NCBI GenBank assembly: GCA_965279355.1
Contig: OZ257155.1
Coordinates: 4,276,230 to 4,340,229 of the forward strand
From: Alphaproteobacteria bacterium
GTDB lineage: Bacteria; Pseudomonadota; Alphaproteobacteria; CACIAM-22H2
Reading direction: 5' to 3'
DNA: 64,000 nt
Each line of letters begins with the position of its first letter. The stretch's first letter is position 1. The position numbers were made by a program, and so were the translations under genes. Shown here piece by piece: positions 11,157 through 22,727 of the stretch. Below the pieces are notes generated by a model, which was not told the DNA's origin, searched no databases, and saw only the letters and a list, made by a program, of their open reading frames with translations.

Positions 11157-11590
11157 CAGCGTGCCTCCGGTCGCGGGACGGGACGATGCGCGGCCGGCTG
11201 GGCCGTGTTCTGGACCGGGCGTTGGGTTGCCGGATTGACCGGCACGACGGATGTCACCGTCACCTTCGGTGCGGGCGCCGGTATTTCGGCGACCATAGGT
11301 GCCGCCGGTGACGAGGGCAGCGGCGGCAAGGTTGCGAGCGTGCCGATCTGCGCCGGTTTGGTCGGCTGCAGATCGAGATGGCGCGCCGCCAGCGACTGCA
11401 GGCGGGACGGCTGGTTGATATAGCTCCACTCGGCGCGCAGGACGTGGATTGCCTCCTGCTCCGTGAGGATGTTGCGGTTGAGCCGGAACAGGTTGTCTTC
11501 GAGTGCCTGGACCTCCTGCTTGAGGTGATAGAGGCCGAACCCGATGGCGCCGGCGAGCGACACCCAGATGAGGGAGGTCACGCGGATCAT
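11156..11590 (-). CDS. ftsL: cell division protein FtsL (alphaproteobacterial type)
   Basis: 144 aa counted from MIRVTSLIWVSLAGAIGFGLY (ATG 11588-11590, overlapping the rsmH stop as ATGA). It is a single-TM bitopic protein with coiled-coil QEVQALEDNLFRLN, lying between rsmH and ftsI. A start 10 codons upstream (11620) is possible. Confidence 0.75.
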   Translation of the reverse strand: MIRVTSLIWVSLAGAIGFGLYHLKQEVQALEDNLFRLNRNILTEQEAIHVLRAEWSYINQPSRLQSLAARHLDLQPTKPAQIGTLATLPPLPSSPAAPMVAEIPAPAPKVTVTSVVPVNPATQRPVQNTAQPAAHRPVPRPEAR

Positions 11591-12582
11591 GCGTTGCCCC
11601 CCATAGTGTCGCTGGACCATGCGGGCGCATCGGTGCGCTGGGCGGCGCGCATTCGGGCGGAGCGGGCGCGCGGGTTGGCGGCGATCTCGGTATCGGTCGG
11701 CTTCTGCGGCTTACGCGACGCGAGCCTGAAGCTTGGTGCCGGCCGGACACCTGTCTCCGGTAGATGACGCGAGCCGCGCGCGGCGGTGTCGCTGCGGGTG
11801 CGGAGGAAATCCTTCACTTCGCGGTCTTCCAGCGAATGAAACGACACGACCGCGAGCCAGCCGCCAGGGGCGAGCAGCCGTTCGGCGGCAGCAAGACCGC
11901 GACGCAGCTCGCCGAGTTCGTCGTTCACTTCGATGCGCAGCGCCTGGAATGTGCGGGTCGCGGGATCGATGCCGTCGGGTGAACGGCGGACGGCGCTGCG
12001 CACCAGCGAGGCAAGTTCCAGCGTGCGCACGATCGGCGTGGTGGCGCGCGCGGCGACGATGGCGCGGGCGATGCGGCGTGAGTGACGTTCCTCGCCGTAG
12101 CGCCAGATGATGTCGGCGAGTTCTTCTTCTTCCAGGTGATTCACGAGATCGGCGGCGCTCTTGCCGTCCGCGCTCATGCGCATGTCGAGCGGACCGTCGA
12201 AGCGGAAAGAAAATCCGCGCGCAGCCTCGTCGATTTGGGGGGAGGAGAGGCCCAGGTCGAAGACGACGCCGTGTACCGTGGCAACGCCGCGCGCGGCGAG
12301 GAGCCGTTCCAGATCGCCGAAACAGCCCTCGAGAAGGTCCAGTTTTCCGGGATACTGCGCGGCCAGGGCGCGGCCGCGTTCGATCGCCGCGGGATCGCGG
12401 TCGACCGCGTAGACTTTGCAGTCGGCTGAAGACAGCAAAGCTTTGGTATAGCCGCCGGCGCCGAAGGTGCCGTCGACATAGAGCGCGCCGTCGCGGGGTG
12501 CGAGCGCATCCAGCACCTCGTTGAGCATGACGGGGACATGCAACGACGGTCCGGGGGTGGTGGGGGTGACCGCCGCCTGCAT
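11587..12582 (-). CDS. rsmH: 16S rRNA (cytosine1402-N4)-methyltransferase RsmH (MraW)
   Basis: 331 aa with HVPVMLNEVLDAL...YVDGTFGAGGY SAM-binding N-terminus characteristic of RsmH. It is the second gene of the dcw cluster. Confidence 0.93.
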   Translation of the reverse strand: MQAAVTPTTPGPSLHVPVMLNEVLDALAPRDGALYVDGTFGAGGYTKALLSSADCKVYAVDRDPAAIERGRALAAQYPGKLDLLEGCFGDLERLLAARGVATVHGVVFDLGLSSPQIDEAARGFSFRFDGPLDMRMSADGKSAADLVNHLEEEELADIIWRYGEERHSRRIARAIVAARATTPIVRTLELASLVRSAVRRSPDGIDPATRTFQALRIEVNDELGELRRGLAAAERLLAPGGWLAVVSFHSLEDREVKDFLRTRSDTAARGSRHLPETGVRPAPSFRLASRKPQKPTDTEIAANPRARSARMRAAQRTDAPAWSSDTMGGNA

Positions 12583-12587
12583 CGGCG

Positions 12588-13034
12588 TCAGCTCCCGGTC
12601 AGCGGCGAGCGGAGCGCTCGCCGCGCGGCCTGGTGGGTCTTGAAGGCAGTCGGATGCCAGATCTCGAAGAAATTGACCTGGCCGACAAAGGTCGCGCTGT
12701 CGGTGATGTTGGCGTGTTCGGCGAGATCGCGGGGCAGCACGATCCGGCCTTCGCCATCGATGGGCAATTGCAGCATGTCGGCGGCTGAGACCAACGCGCT
12801 GTCGACTGGGGTGTTCTCGAAAACCGCCGTGGGGCTGCGTTTGGCGGCGATTTCATCCATGAGCTCCACGCCGCAGGCGCGGATGGCGCGATATTCAAAC
12901 CACGGGAAAATGAGAATGGCTGGGGTTTCCGCGCCCATGGTCTGGGCCATGAGCAGGGCGCGATAGTCCGCAGGGACGGAAACCCGCCCCTTCTTGTCCA
13001 CCTTGAAGGTGAAACTGCCGGTGAACGCCTTCAT
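12588..13034 (-). CDS. mraZ: division/cell wall cluster transcriptional regulator MraZ
   Basis: The conserved MraZ sequence starts MKAFTGSFTFKVDKKGRVSVPADYR at ATG 13032-13034, giving 148 aa. The track ORF begins 12 codons earlier at 13070. It is the first gene of the cluster. Confidence 0.88.
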   Translation of the reverse strand: MKAFTGSFTFKVDKKGRVSVPADYRALLMAQTMGAETPAILIFPWFEYRAIRACGVELMDEIAAKRSPTAVFENTPVDSALVSAADMLQLPIDGEGRIVLPRDLAEHANITDSATFVGQVNFFEIWHPTAFKTHQAARRALRSPLTGS

Positions 13035-13084
13035 ATCCGCCCCGCAGTTGCGCTCCGTACTGGAGCGCAACCGTTTGAACTGCC

Positions 13085-13187
13085 TGGGAAATATTCATTT
13101 CCCAGCGTCCCCCAGACGTGCCCAGCCAGATGCCTCGTCTATGGGATGGTATGGGATATCATGGGAATTAATGGGCGTCAATGGATA
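13085..13187. promoter_or_regulatory. candidate MraZ operator / dcw promoter region: palindrome plus five 10-bp-phased ATGGGA direct repeats
   Basis: Seen directly in the sequence. CTGGGAAAT-attc-ATTTCCCAG is a perfect 9-bp inverted repeat at 13085-13106. It is followed by ATGGGA at 13142, 13152 and 13162, ATGGGC at 13172 and ATGGAT at 13182, with exactly 10-bp spacing. These lie 108-153 bp upstream of the mraZ ATG. MraZ proteins are known to bind short G-rich direct repeats with helical phasing. Confidence 0.5.
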
Positions 13188-13498
13188 AACCCGCCAAAAA
13201 CGCTGATGTTGCCGTGGATTAGCCGGTGTCTTTCGTTCGAGGTTCCTGCCGCCTTCCGCGATTTTTGGCGGGGGAAAATGGCATCGGTAGGTTCATTTTA
13301 TGTTCTCATTCAGGCTTGTGCTAATTATCCTATAATCGGGCTTTAAGCTACTGATTAGACAAAATTTTAATACTCTGAGAAGAAACGGGTCCACACGGCC
13401 TGACCCGGTTGCCGGTGCGTCACCCAAGAGGGGGAACCTTCAATCGGTAGCGAAGTTTTCCACGCTATTCATTTGTCTCACTTCAGGGTTTCACCCGA

Positions 13499-13753
13499 TT
13501 GCCGATGACCCAAAATCTTAATATGACACCACTCTCTTCTGTTCGGTTTCGGACAGAGGCCGGGAGCGAGTGGGTGCCAAGCAATCAACCGAAAGCCGAC
13601 TTCTACCATCAGGAGGCGCTCCGCCTCCTGACCATGGCCGATAGCGCAATCTTCGACGATGTGAAGGACGAGCTGACGCGCATGGCGCAGCAGTACCAGC
13701 GGTTGGCTGTCATCGCGAAGAAGCGCGACGACGATCATTTCGCCCCGAAATAG
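13499..13753 (+). CDS. hypothetical small protein (doubtful)
   Basis: 84-aa ORF with a TTG/ATG start in a locally low-GC spacer between the mraZ operator and rnpB. The composition is ordinary and the C-terminal half is GC3-rich, but the N-terminal third has poor GC3. There is no recognisable domain and no clear SD. Confidence 0.3.
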   Translation: MPMTQNLNMTPLSSVRFRTEAGSEWVPSNQPKADFYHQEALRLLTMADSAIFDDVKDELTRMAQQYQRLAVIAKKRDDDHFAPK

Positions 13754-13805
13754 CTGGCTTTTCGCGGCTTTCTGCCGGCTGAATTTTCGCCTTCGGATTA
13801 AAACG

Positions 13806-14206
<401 letters not shown>

Positions 14207-14224
14207 GCGCGCGCGACCGATCCG

Positions 14225-14956
14225 TCAATCGATGAGCGTCAGCAGGGCATCCAGCCAGGCGATGGTTTCGCCGTCGAGCCGCCCATCGAAGCAGCGCGGA
14301 CGAAAGTGGCGCTGGAACGCGATGACGGCGCGAACGGTGCGCTCGTCGAAATGGCCGTCGGTCGGCAGGTCATAGCCCCAGTGCGACAGCTTCTTCTGCA
14401 CCGTCGCGATTTCGTCCGACCGCTCGCCTGCTTCGAATTCAACCGTTAGGCGGCTTGCAGCGAACTCCGGCCAGCATCCAACGCCCGCCCGCGCGAGCCG
14501 CGGCCAGTCGAACAGCTCGCCTGGATCCTCCTTGCGCATCGGGGCGACGTCGGAATGACCGACGATGTTGCGGTTCGGAATCGCGTGCCGTCGCACGACA
14601 TCGCGGGCAATTTCTTCGAGACTGTGCATTTGCGCGTCGGGAAATGCGCGATAACCGTATTCATGGCCCGGATTGACCAGCTCGATGCCGATGGATCGCG
14701 CGTTGATGTCGAGGTTGCCGCGCCACGATGCAACGCCGGCATGCCAGGCGCGGCGGTCCTCCGTCACCAGTCGGAAAACGCGACCGTCTTCTTCTACGAC
14801 ATAGTGCGCGCTGACCTTTGCCGCGTCGTCGCAGAGGCGATCCAAAGCCGCATTGCCCGACGTCATGCCGGTGTAATGCAGCACCAGCATGTCGATTGGC
14901 GTGCCTACGGGACGGGCATCGTGGTTCGGCGAGGGGCGATTTTCGATATCGATCAT
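14225..14956 (-). CDS. N-acetylmuramoyl-L-alanine amidase (AmpD/amidase_2 family) with C-terminal peptidoglycan-binding domain
   Basis: 243 aa counted from MIDIENRPSPNHDARP (ATG 14954-14956). The protein has an amidase_2 core (VLHYTG...AHYVV...WHAG) and a C-terminal PG_binding_1-like repeat (ATVQKKLSHWGYDL). The track ORF is extended 31 codons upstream. Confidence 0.85.
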   Translation of the reverse strand: MIDIENRPSPNHDARPVGTPIDMLVLHYTGMTSGNAALDRLCDDAAKVSAHYVVEEDGRVFRLVTEDRRAWHAGVASWRGNLDINARSIGIELVNPGHEYGYRAFPDAQMHSLEEIARDVVRRHAIPNRNIVGHSDVAPMRKEDPGELFDWPRLARAGVGCWPEFAASRLTVEFEAGERSDEIATVQKKLSHWGYDLPTDGHFDERTVRAVIAFQRHFRPRCFDGRLDGETIAWLDALLTLID

Positions 14957-15145
14957 GACTCTGCCTGAAATCGGCGCAATACATCCTAGTCGTCGCGCTA
15001 GCGGTTCGCCAGATCGCCAGAATTCGTGCTTTGGGCCAGCAAAATCCATGTGTTAGGGTCGGCCCAGCTTAAATAGGGAGGAAGGCCGAACTCGGCAGGA
15101 TTCCGGTCAACCGGAGCCGTCGATCCTCGGCAGTCAAAATCACAC

Positions 15146-17209
<2,064 letters not shown>

Positions 17210-17232
17210 AAAACAGAAAAGGGAGAGACGCC

Positions 17233-18813
17233 GTGAAAACTTTAGCGATAGGGCTTGGATTTTTAGCCGCAGTCGCGTTTGGCGCGGGTACGGCCGAGGC
17301 GCAGACACCGAAGCGGGGCGGGGTTTTGAGCTTCGCCATCAATGCGGAGACACCGCATTACGACTGTCATGGCAGTGATACGTTCGCGACGCTGCATTTC
17401 GCGGCGCCGTTCTATTCCACGCTGTTGAAATTCAATCTCGACAAGTATCCCGACGTAATGGGCGACCTTGCCCAGTCATGGACCGTGGCGCCCGATCTGA
17501 AGAGCTATACGTTCAAGCTTCATCCCAACGTGAAGTTCAGCGACGGTTCAGCGCTGACCTCCGCCGACGTCAAGGCTACATACGAGCGTCTGCGCAATCC
17601 TCCGGCCGGCGTGGTATCGACCCGCAAGGCGACCTTCGCCGATATCGATACCATCGACACGCCGGATGCGACGACCGTCGTCTTCAAGATGAAGGACGTA
17701 AACGCGGCGATGCTGGAGCATTTCGCCAGCCCATGGAACTGCGTCTATTCGGCGAAGGTCCTGGCAGAAGATCCGAATGCACCCAAGACCAAGATCCTTG
17801 GTTCGGGCCCATTCACCTTCGCAGAGCACGTCAAGGGCAGCCATGTCGAGGGCAAGAAGAACCCGAACTATTTCCGACAGGGCCTTCCGTACATGGACGG
17901 CTTCAAGGGCGTGTTCATGCTGCAGGCCGCGGCGATGCTGAACGCGCTGCAGGGCGGGCAGGTCATGGGTGAGTTCCGTTCCGTCGCACCGGCCGAGCGT
18001 GACCGTCTGGCCCAGGCGATGGGCGACAAGGTGCGCTTCGAGGAAGCGAGTTGGACGCTCAATCTCCTTCTCGTCTTCAACACGGAGAAGAAGCCGTTTG
18101 ACGACGTTCGCGTGCGCCGCGCCCTCAGCATGGCGATCGATCGGCACGGCGGCAGCCAGGGCCTGTCGCGCACCTCGACACTGCGCGCAGTTGGCGGCGT
18201 GATCCGTCCTGGCTCGCCGTATGCGACACCGGATGCGGACCTGCAGAAGCTGCCTGGCTTCGGCAAGGACATCAACGCGGCGCGGGCAGAAGCAAAGCGG
18301 CTGCTCGCAGAAGCGGGGGTGCCAAACCTCAGCTTCACGCTGTTCAACCGCAATCTGGCACAACCGTATACGCCTGGGGGAATCTTCCTGGTCGACCAAT
18401 GGCGCCAGCTTGGCCTGAACGTCGAGCACAAGCAGTTCGAGACCTCGCCCTATCTGGCAGGCATGTCGAGCGGCAACTTCGATGTGGCGATCGACTTCTC
18501 CAACCTGTTCATGGACGAGCCGAGTCTTGGTCTTTCCAAGTTCGTATCGTTCGACAAGGCCCCGGAGAACCGCTCGCGCTCGATCGACCGCGAACTGGAC
18601 TCGCTCTATGAGCGCCAGGTCCGCGAACTCGACATGGGCAAGCGCAAGCTGCTCATCCAGGCGTTCGAGAAGCGCCTGTTCGAGCAGGCCTACCAGACGC
18701 CGATCCTGTGGTGGCACCGCATCGTCGCCACCAACAAGTCGCTGATGGGTTGGAAGATGTCCCCCAGTCACAATCTCGGCCAGGATCTGGCCGAGGTCTG
18801 GCTGAACCAGTAA
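17233..18813 (+). CDS. ABC transporter substrate-binding protein, family 5 (peptide/nickel/opine type)
   Basis: A GTG at 17233 is preceded by AAGGGAGAG. A signal peptide VKTLAIGLGFLAAVAFGAGTAEA precedes a family-5 SBP fold of about 500 aa. The track ORF start at 17194 would overlap the upstream ATPase gene. Confidence 0.9.
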   Translation: MKTLAIGLGFLAAVAFGAGTAEAQTPKRGGVLSFAINAETPHYDCHGSDTFATLHFAAPFYSTLLKFNLDKYPDVMGDLAQSWTVAPDLKSYTFKLHPNVKFSDGSALTSADVKATYERLRNPPAGVVSTRKATFADIDTIDTPDATTVVFKMKDVNAAMLEHFASPWNCVYSAKVLAEDPNAPKTKILGSGPFTFAEHVKGSHVEGKKNPNYFRQGLPYMDGFKGVFMLQAAAMLNALQGGQVMGEFRSVAPAERDRLAQAMGDKVRFEEASWTLNLLLVFNTEKKPFDDVRVRRALSMAIDRHGGSQGLSRTSTLRAVGGVIRPGSPYATPDADLQKLPGFGKDINAARAEAKRLLAEAGVPNLSFTLFNRNLAQPYTPGGIFLVDQWRQLGLNVEHKQFETSPYLAGMSSGNFDVAIDFSNLFMDEPSLGLSKFVSFDKAPENRSRSIDRELDSLYERQVRELDMGKRKLLIQAFEKRLFEQAYQTPILWWHRIVATNKSLMGWKMSPSHNLGQDLAEVWLNQ

Positions 18814-18824
18814 CCGAGAGGAAA

Positions 18825-18856
18825 GGCGGCCCGACCTCAACCGGGGCCGGGCCGCC
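18825..18856 (+). terminator. intercistronic GC hairpin between SBP and permease genes (partial terminator/attenuator)
   Basis: GGCGGCCCG-acctcaaccggggc-CGGGCCGCC is a perfect 9-bp stem, followed by GCTTTC. A stem-loop of this kind after the SBP gene is a common device for SBP over-expression. Confidence 0.3.
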
Positions 18857-18867
18857 GCTTTCAAATC

Positions 18868-19821
18868 ATGCTTCGCTACGCCGCCAACCGTATCCTGCTC
18901 ATGATCCCCACGCTGATCGGCGTGTCGATCCTTGTCTTCTTCATGCTGCGCGTCATTCCCGGCGACGTGGTGGAGGTGAAGCTGCGCGGCGACGGCGGCA
19001 ACGTGTCGCAGGAAACGATCGACATGGAGCGCAAGCGGCTCGGCCTTGACAAGCCGTTGTCCTCTCAGTTCGGCGACTGGATGGTCGGCCTTGCGACCTT
19101 CAATCTCGGCACCTCGATGTGGACCGACCGTCCCGTCGTGGAGGAGATCGCGATCCGCTTCGAGCTGTCGCTGCAGGTCGCGATCATGGCGACCGTCATC
19201 GGAGTCATCATAGCCGTGCCTCTAGGGACGCTCGCGGCCCTGCTGCGAGGAACCTGGGTCGACTACGCGGTCCGAATAGCCAGCATTGGCGGCCTTGCCG
19301 TCCCGTCCTTCTGGCTTGGCATGCTGATCATGCTGACCCTGCTGGCGCTGTTTAACTGGCTGCCGCCCATTACCTTCACGCCGCTCTCGGTCGATCCCTG
19401 GGCGAATCTGTCGCAGTTGATCTGGCCGGCGCTGGCCGTGGGCTATCGTTACTCGGCAGTGCTGGCGCGCATGGTGCGCTCGTCGCTGCTCGAGGTGCTG
19501 AACGAGGATTACATCCGGACCGCCCGGGCCAAGGGCGTTTACGAAAAGCTGGTCGTGTCCCGCCATGCGCTACGCAACGCGCTGCTGCCGGCGATCACGG
19601 TCATCGGCCTTGAATTCGCGTTCCTGATCGGTGGGCTGGTGGTGACGGAGCAGGTGTTCAACCTGAACGGCATTGGCAAGCTGCTGGTCCAGAGCGTATC
19701 CCGCAACGACTTCACCCTCATCCAGGGGATGGTGATGATCATTGCGTGCTTCTACATCGTCGCCAATCTGGTGGTCGACATGCTCTACGCCGTGTTCGAC
19801 CCCCGTATCCGTTACCGGTAA
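18868..19821 (+). CDS. ABC transporter permease (DppB/OppB-like)
   Basis: 317 aa with 6 TM helices and the EAA-like permease signature region of the BPD_transp_1 family. Confidence 0.9.
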   Translation: MLRYAANRILLMIPTLIGVSILVFFMLRVIPGDVVEVKLRGDGGNVSQETIDMERKRLGLDKPLSSQFGDWMVGLATFNLGTSMWTDRPVVEEIAIRFELSLQVAIMATVIGVIIAVPLGTLAALLRGTWVDYAVRIASIGGLAVPSFWLGMLIMLTLLALFNWLPPITFTPLSVDPWANLSQLIWPALAVGYRYSAVLARMVRSSLLEVLNEDYIRTARAKGVYEKLVVSRHALRNALLPAITVIGLEFAFLIGGLVVTEQVFNLNGIGKLLVQSVSRNDFTLIQGMVMIIACFYIVANLVVDMLYAVFDPRIRYR

Positions 19822-19826
19822 TCATC

Positions 19827-20726
19827 ATGGTCAGCGTTCCCGCCAATACCGTTCCGGTCGCCGGCGCACCGCGCAAGCGCAGTGCTGTTGTGGATTTCTG
19901 CCGCCAGCAGCCGCTGGGGGTGGTGAGTCTGTTCATCATCGTCATGATGATCTTCGCCGGTATCTTTTCGGCCAGCGTCGCTCCCTATAATCCCGTGGCC
20001 GTCGATTTCGGCGCCATGCTCTCTCCCCCGAGCTGGGAGCACTGGGCGGGGACCGATGCGTTCGGGCGCGATATTCTTTCCCGGCTGATCTATGGCGCCC
20101 GGACAGCGCTGATCATCGCCTTCACCGCGTCGTTCTTCGGATCGACGTTCGGCGCGTTGCTGGGCGCCACCTGCGCCTATTTCGGCGGTAAGTTCGATAC
20201 GATCGTGCAGCGTCTGCTGGAGATTCTGCAGGCTTTCCCGATCATCGTGCTGGCGCTGATTGTCGTGGCCGTGCTCGGCAAGCTGCCGGTGTTCGGCATC
20301 GACGTGAACCTGATCTGCGCCATCGCCATCCCGATCATCCCGAACGTGACCCGTATCGTGCGCGCGGCGGCGCTCTCGGTGCGCTCCATGCCCTACATCG
20401 ATGCGGCGCGCGCGGCGGGGTACTCGCACTTCCGGATCATCACCCGCCACATGGTTCCGAACCTCATGGCGCCGTACCTGATCATGCTGACCGCCTATAT
20501 GGCACAGGCGATCCTGCTGGAGGCCTCGCTGTCGTTTCTGGGGCTGGGCGTGACCGAGCCAACGCCGGCCTGGGGCCTCATGCTGTCGGGCAATGCCTCG
20601 GATTTCTTCCGCGAGGCGCCGTGGATGATCCTGTTCCCCGGCTTTGCCATCAGCCTTGCTGTGTTCTCGTTCAACCTGTTTGGCGATTCACTGCGCGATT
20701 GGCTTGATCCCAAGTTCAAGGTATGA
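19827..20726 (+). CDS. ABC transporter permease (DppC/OppC-like)
   Basis: 299 aa counted from MVSVPANTVPVAG (ATG 19827, 5 nt after the upstream stop). It has an N-terminal OppC-type extension and a BPD_transp_1 permease core. The track ORF starts 27 codons earlier inside the upstream gene. Confidence 0.88.
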   Translation: MVSVPANTVPVAGAPRKRSAVVDFCRQQPLGVVSLFIIVMMIFAGIFSASVAPYNPVAVDFGAMLSPPSWEHWAGTDAFGRDILSRLIYGARTALIIAFTASFFGSTFGALLGATCAYFGGKFDTIVQRLLEILQAFPIIVLALIVVAVLGKLPVFGIDVNLICAIAIPIIPNVTRIVRAAALSVRSMPYIDAARAAGYSHFRIITRHMVPNLMAPYLIMLTAYMAQAILLEASLSFLGLGVTEPTPAWGLMLSGNASDFFREAPWMILFPGFAISLAVFSFNLFGDSLRDWLDPKFKV

Positions 20727-20761
20727 CCGTCGCCTGACACGCGAACCAAACGGGGATTTCG

Positions 20762-21607
20762 ATGAAACTGGTACGTTACGGGGCGCCCGGCAAGGAACAG
20801 CCGGGCCTGATCGACGCCAATGGCAAGCTGCGCAGCCTCGCGCGCAAGATCAAGGACATCACGCCGGCGACGCTCGCCTCGTCCGAGCTGGCAAAGCTCA
20901 AGAAGATCAATCCGGAGAAGCTGCCGCTGGTTTCCGGGAAGCCCCGCATCGGCGTGCCGGTCAACGGCATCTCCAAGATTATCGCCGTCGGCCTGAACTA
21001 CAAGACGCATGCCGCCGAAGCCGGCATGGCGCTGCCGACCGAGCCGGTCCTGTTCATGAAGGCGATCACCAGTCTGTGCGGCCCCAACGACAAGGTGAAG
21101 GTCCCGCGCGGATCGAAGAAGACGGATTACGAGATCGAGCTCGGTGTCGTGATCGGCCGCAAGGCGCAGTACGTCAGCGAGGCCGACGCGATGAAGTATG
21201 TCGCCGGCTACACCCTGGTGAACGATGTGTCTGAGCGCGAATTCCAGCTCGAGCGCGGCCCGCAATGGATGAAGGGCAAGAGCGCGGACACGTTCTGCCC
21301 TACCGGCCCGTGGCTGGCGACGCCAGATGAGATCAAGGATCCGGGCAAGCTCGACCTGTGGCTCACCGTCAACGGCCAGACGCGCCAGAAGAGCAACACG
21401 TCGTACATGATCTTCAACGTGCGCACGTTGGTCAGCTATATCAGCCAGTTCCTGACCCTGATGCCGGGCGATCTGATCGCCACCGGCACGCCGGCCGGTG
21501 TCGCGCTTGGCATGAAGGACCCGGCCGCCTTCCTGAAGGCCGGCGATGTCGTGGAACTCGGCATGGATGGTCTCGGCACCCAGAAGCAGCTGATGATCCC
21601 GGCGTAG
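20762..21607 (+). CDS. fumarylacetoacetate hydrolase (FAH) family protein
   Basis: 281 aa. It has a FAH fold with metal-binding E..E..D region (YEIELGVVIG...VNDVSERE), as in 2-keto-4-pentenoate hydratase/HpaG-like enzymes. Confidence 0.9.
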   Translation: MKLVRYGAPGKEQPGLIDANGKLRSLARKIKDITPATLASSELAKLKKINPEKLPLVSGKPRIGVPVNGISKIIAVGLNYKTHAAEAGMALPTEPVLFMKAITSLCGPNDKVKVPRGSKKTDYEIELGVVIGRKAQYVSEADAMKYVAGYTLVNDVSEREFQLERGPQWMKGKSADTFCPTGPWLATPDEIKDPGKLDLWLTVNGQTRQKSNTSYMIFNVRTLVSYISQFLTLMPGDLIATGTPAGVALGMKDPAAFLKAGDVVELGMDGLGTQKQLMIPA

Positions 21608-21677
21608 TCGCCGCGGAGCCGGGAACCGTGGCGCGCCGCTCCCGTTTAGAGGGCGCGCCACTTTCCCGAGCCGGCCC

Positions 21678-22721
21678 GTGAAACTCTTCGAATGCCAGAA
21701 ATGCGGGCAGCCTCTCTATTTTGAGAACGTGTCCTGCATCAGATGCGGACTGCGGCTGGGCTATATCCCGGAATTGAGCCGGCTCACGGCGCTGGAGCCC
21801 GACGGAGACAACTGGCGGGCGCTGGCTGACGAGACGCCGCGCCGCTTCTGCGCCAATGCCGCGCACGATGCCTGCAACTGGCTGATCCCCGTCGACAGCA
21901 CGGCGACGCATTGCCTGGCCTGTCGTCATAACCGCACCATCCCCGATCTCTCGGATACCGAGAATGTCGCTCGCTGGCGCAAGCTGGAACGGGCGAAGCA
22001 TTTTCTGTTCTATTCGCTGGTGCGCTTCCGCCTGCCGCTGAACGATCGCAAGCAGGATCCCGAGCACGGCCTGACCTTCGACTTTCTGGCCGAGACGCCG
22101 GAGAGCGGGCCGGTGCTGACCGGCCATGCGGAGGGCGTCATCACCGTCAATATCCGCGAGGCGGACGATTCCGAGCGCGAGCGGGCGCGCGGCGCCATGC
22201 ATGAGACGTATCGCACCCTGCTCGGTCATTTCCGCCATGAGATCGGCCACTATTACTGGAACCGGCTGGTGCGCGACGCAGACCAGATCGAGCCGTTTCG
22301 GAAACTCTTCGGCGACGAAAGCCGCGACTATGCGGCGGCGCTGCAGGAACACTACGCCAACCCGCCGACCGATCCCTGGAACGACCGCTATGTCAGCAGC
22401 TACGCCGCGGCGCATCCGTGGGAGGATTTCGCCGAGACCTGGGCGCATTATTTCCACATCGCCGATACGCTGGAGACCGCACGCGCCTTCGGTCTCAAGA
22501 CGAAGCCGCGGGTGCGCCAGACGCCCAAGCTCGACACTGCCCTCGATTTCGATCCCTACAATGCCGGCAGCGCGGCTGACCTCGTTGAGTCGTGGCTGCC
22601 GATCGCCTTTGCCGTGAACTCGATGAACCGCAGCATGGGCCAGCCCGATCTCTATCCCTTCGTGCTGTCACCGACCGCGATCGCCAAGCTCGACTTCGTA
22701 CACGGCCTGATCCATCGCTGA
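21678..22721 (+). CDS. putative zinc-binding metallopeptidase with N-terminal zinc ribbon
   Basis: 347 aa. The N-terminal CQKCGQ...CIRCG forms a zinc ribbon. The central HEIGHYYW is an HExxH motif, with downstream E/H ligands (WEDFAETWAHYFH). It starts with GTG. Confidence 0.8.
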   Translation: MKLFECQKCGQPLYFENVSCIRCGLRLGYIPELSRLTALEPDGDNWRALADETPRRFCANAAHDACNWLIPVDSTATHCLACRHNRTIPDLSDTENVARWRKLERAKHFLFYSLVRFRLPLNDRKQDPEHGLTFDFLAETPESGPVLTGHAEGVITVNIREADDSERERARGAMHETYRTLLGHFRHEIGHYYWNRLVRDADQIEPFRKLFGDESRDYAAALQEHYANPPTDPWNDRYVSSYAAAHPWEDFAETWAHYFHIADTLETARAFGLKTKPRVRQTPKLDTALDFDPYNAGSAADLVESWLPIAFAVNSMNRSMGQPDLYPFVLSPTAIAKLDFVHGLIHR

Positions 22722-22727
22722 CGCCTG

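Noticed and set aside
21608-21677. GGCGCGCC...GGCGCGCC palindromic stem between the FAH and metallopeptidase genes.
   Set aside because: No U tract on either strand. It is most likely a simple intercistronic secondary structure, and is not reported as a terminator.
20495-22457. Minus-strand ORFs 20495..21661 and 21441..22457 opposite the FAH and metallopeptidase genes.
   Set aside because: Antisense composition artefacts.
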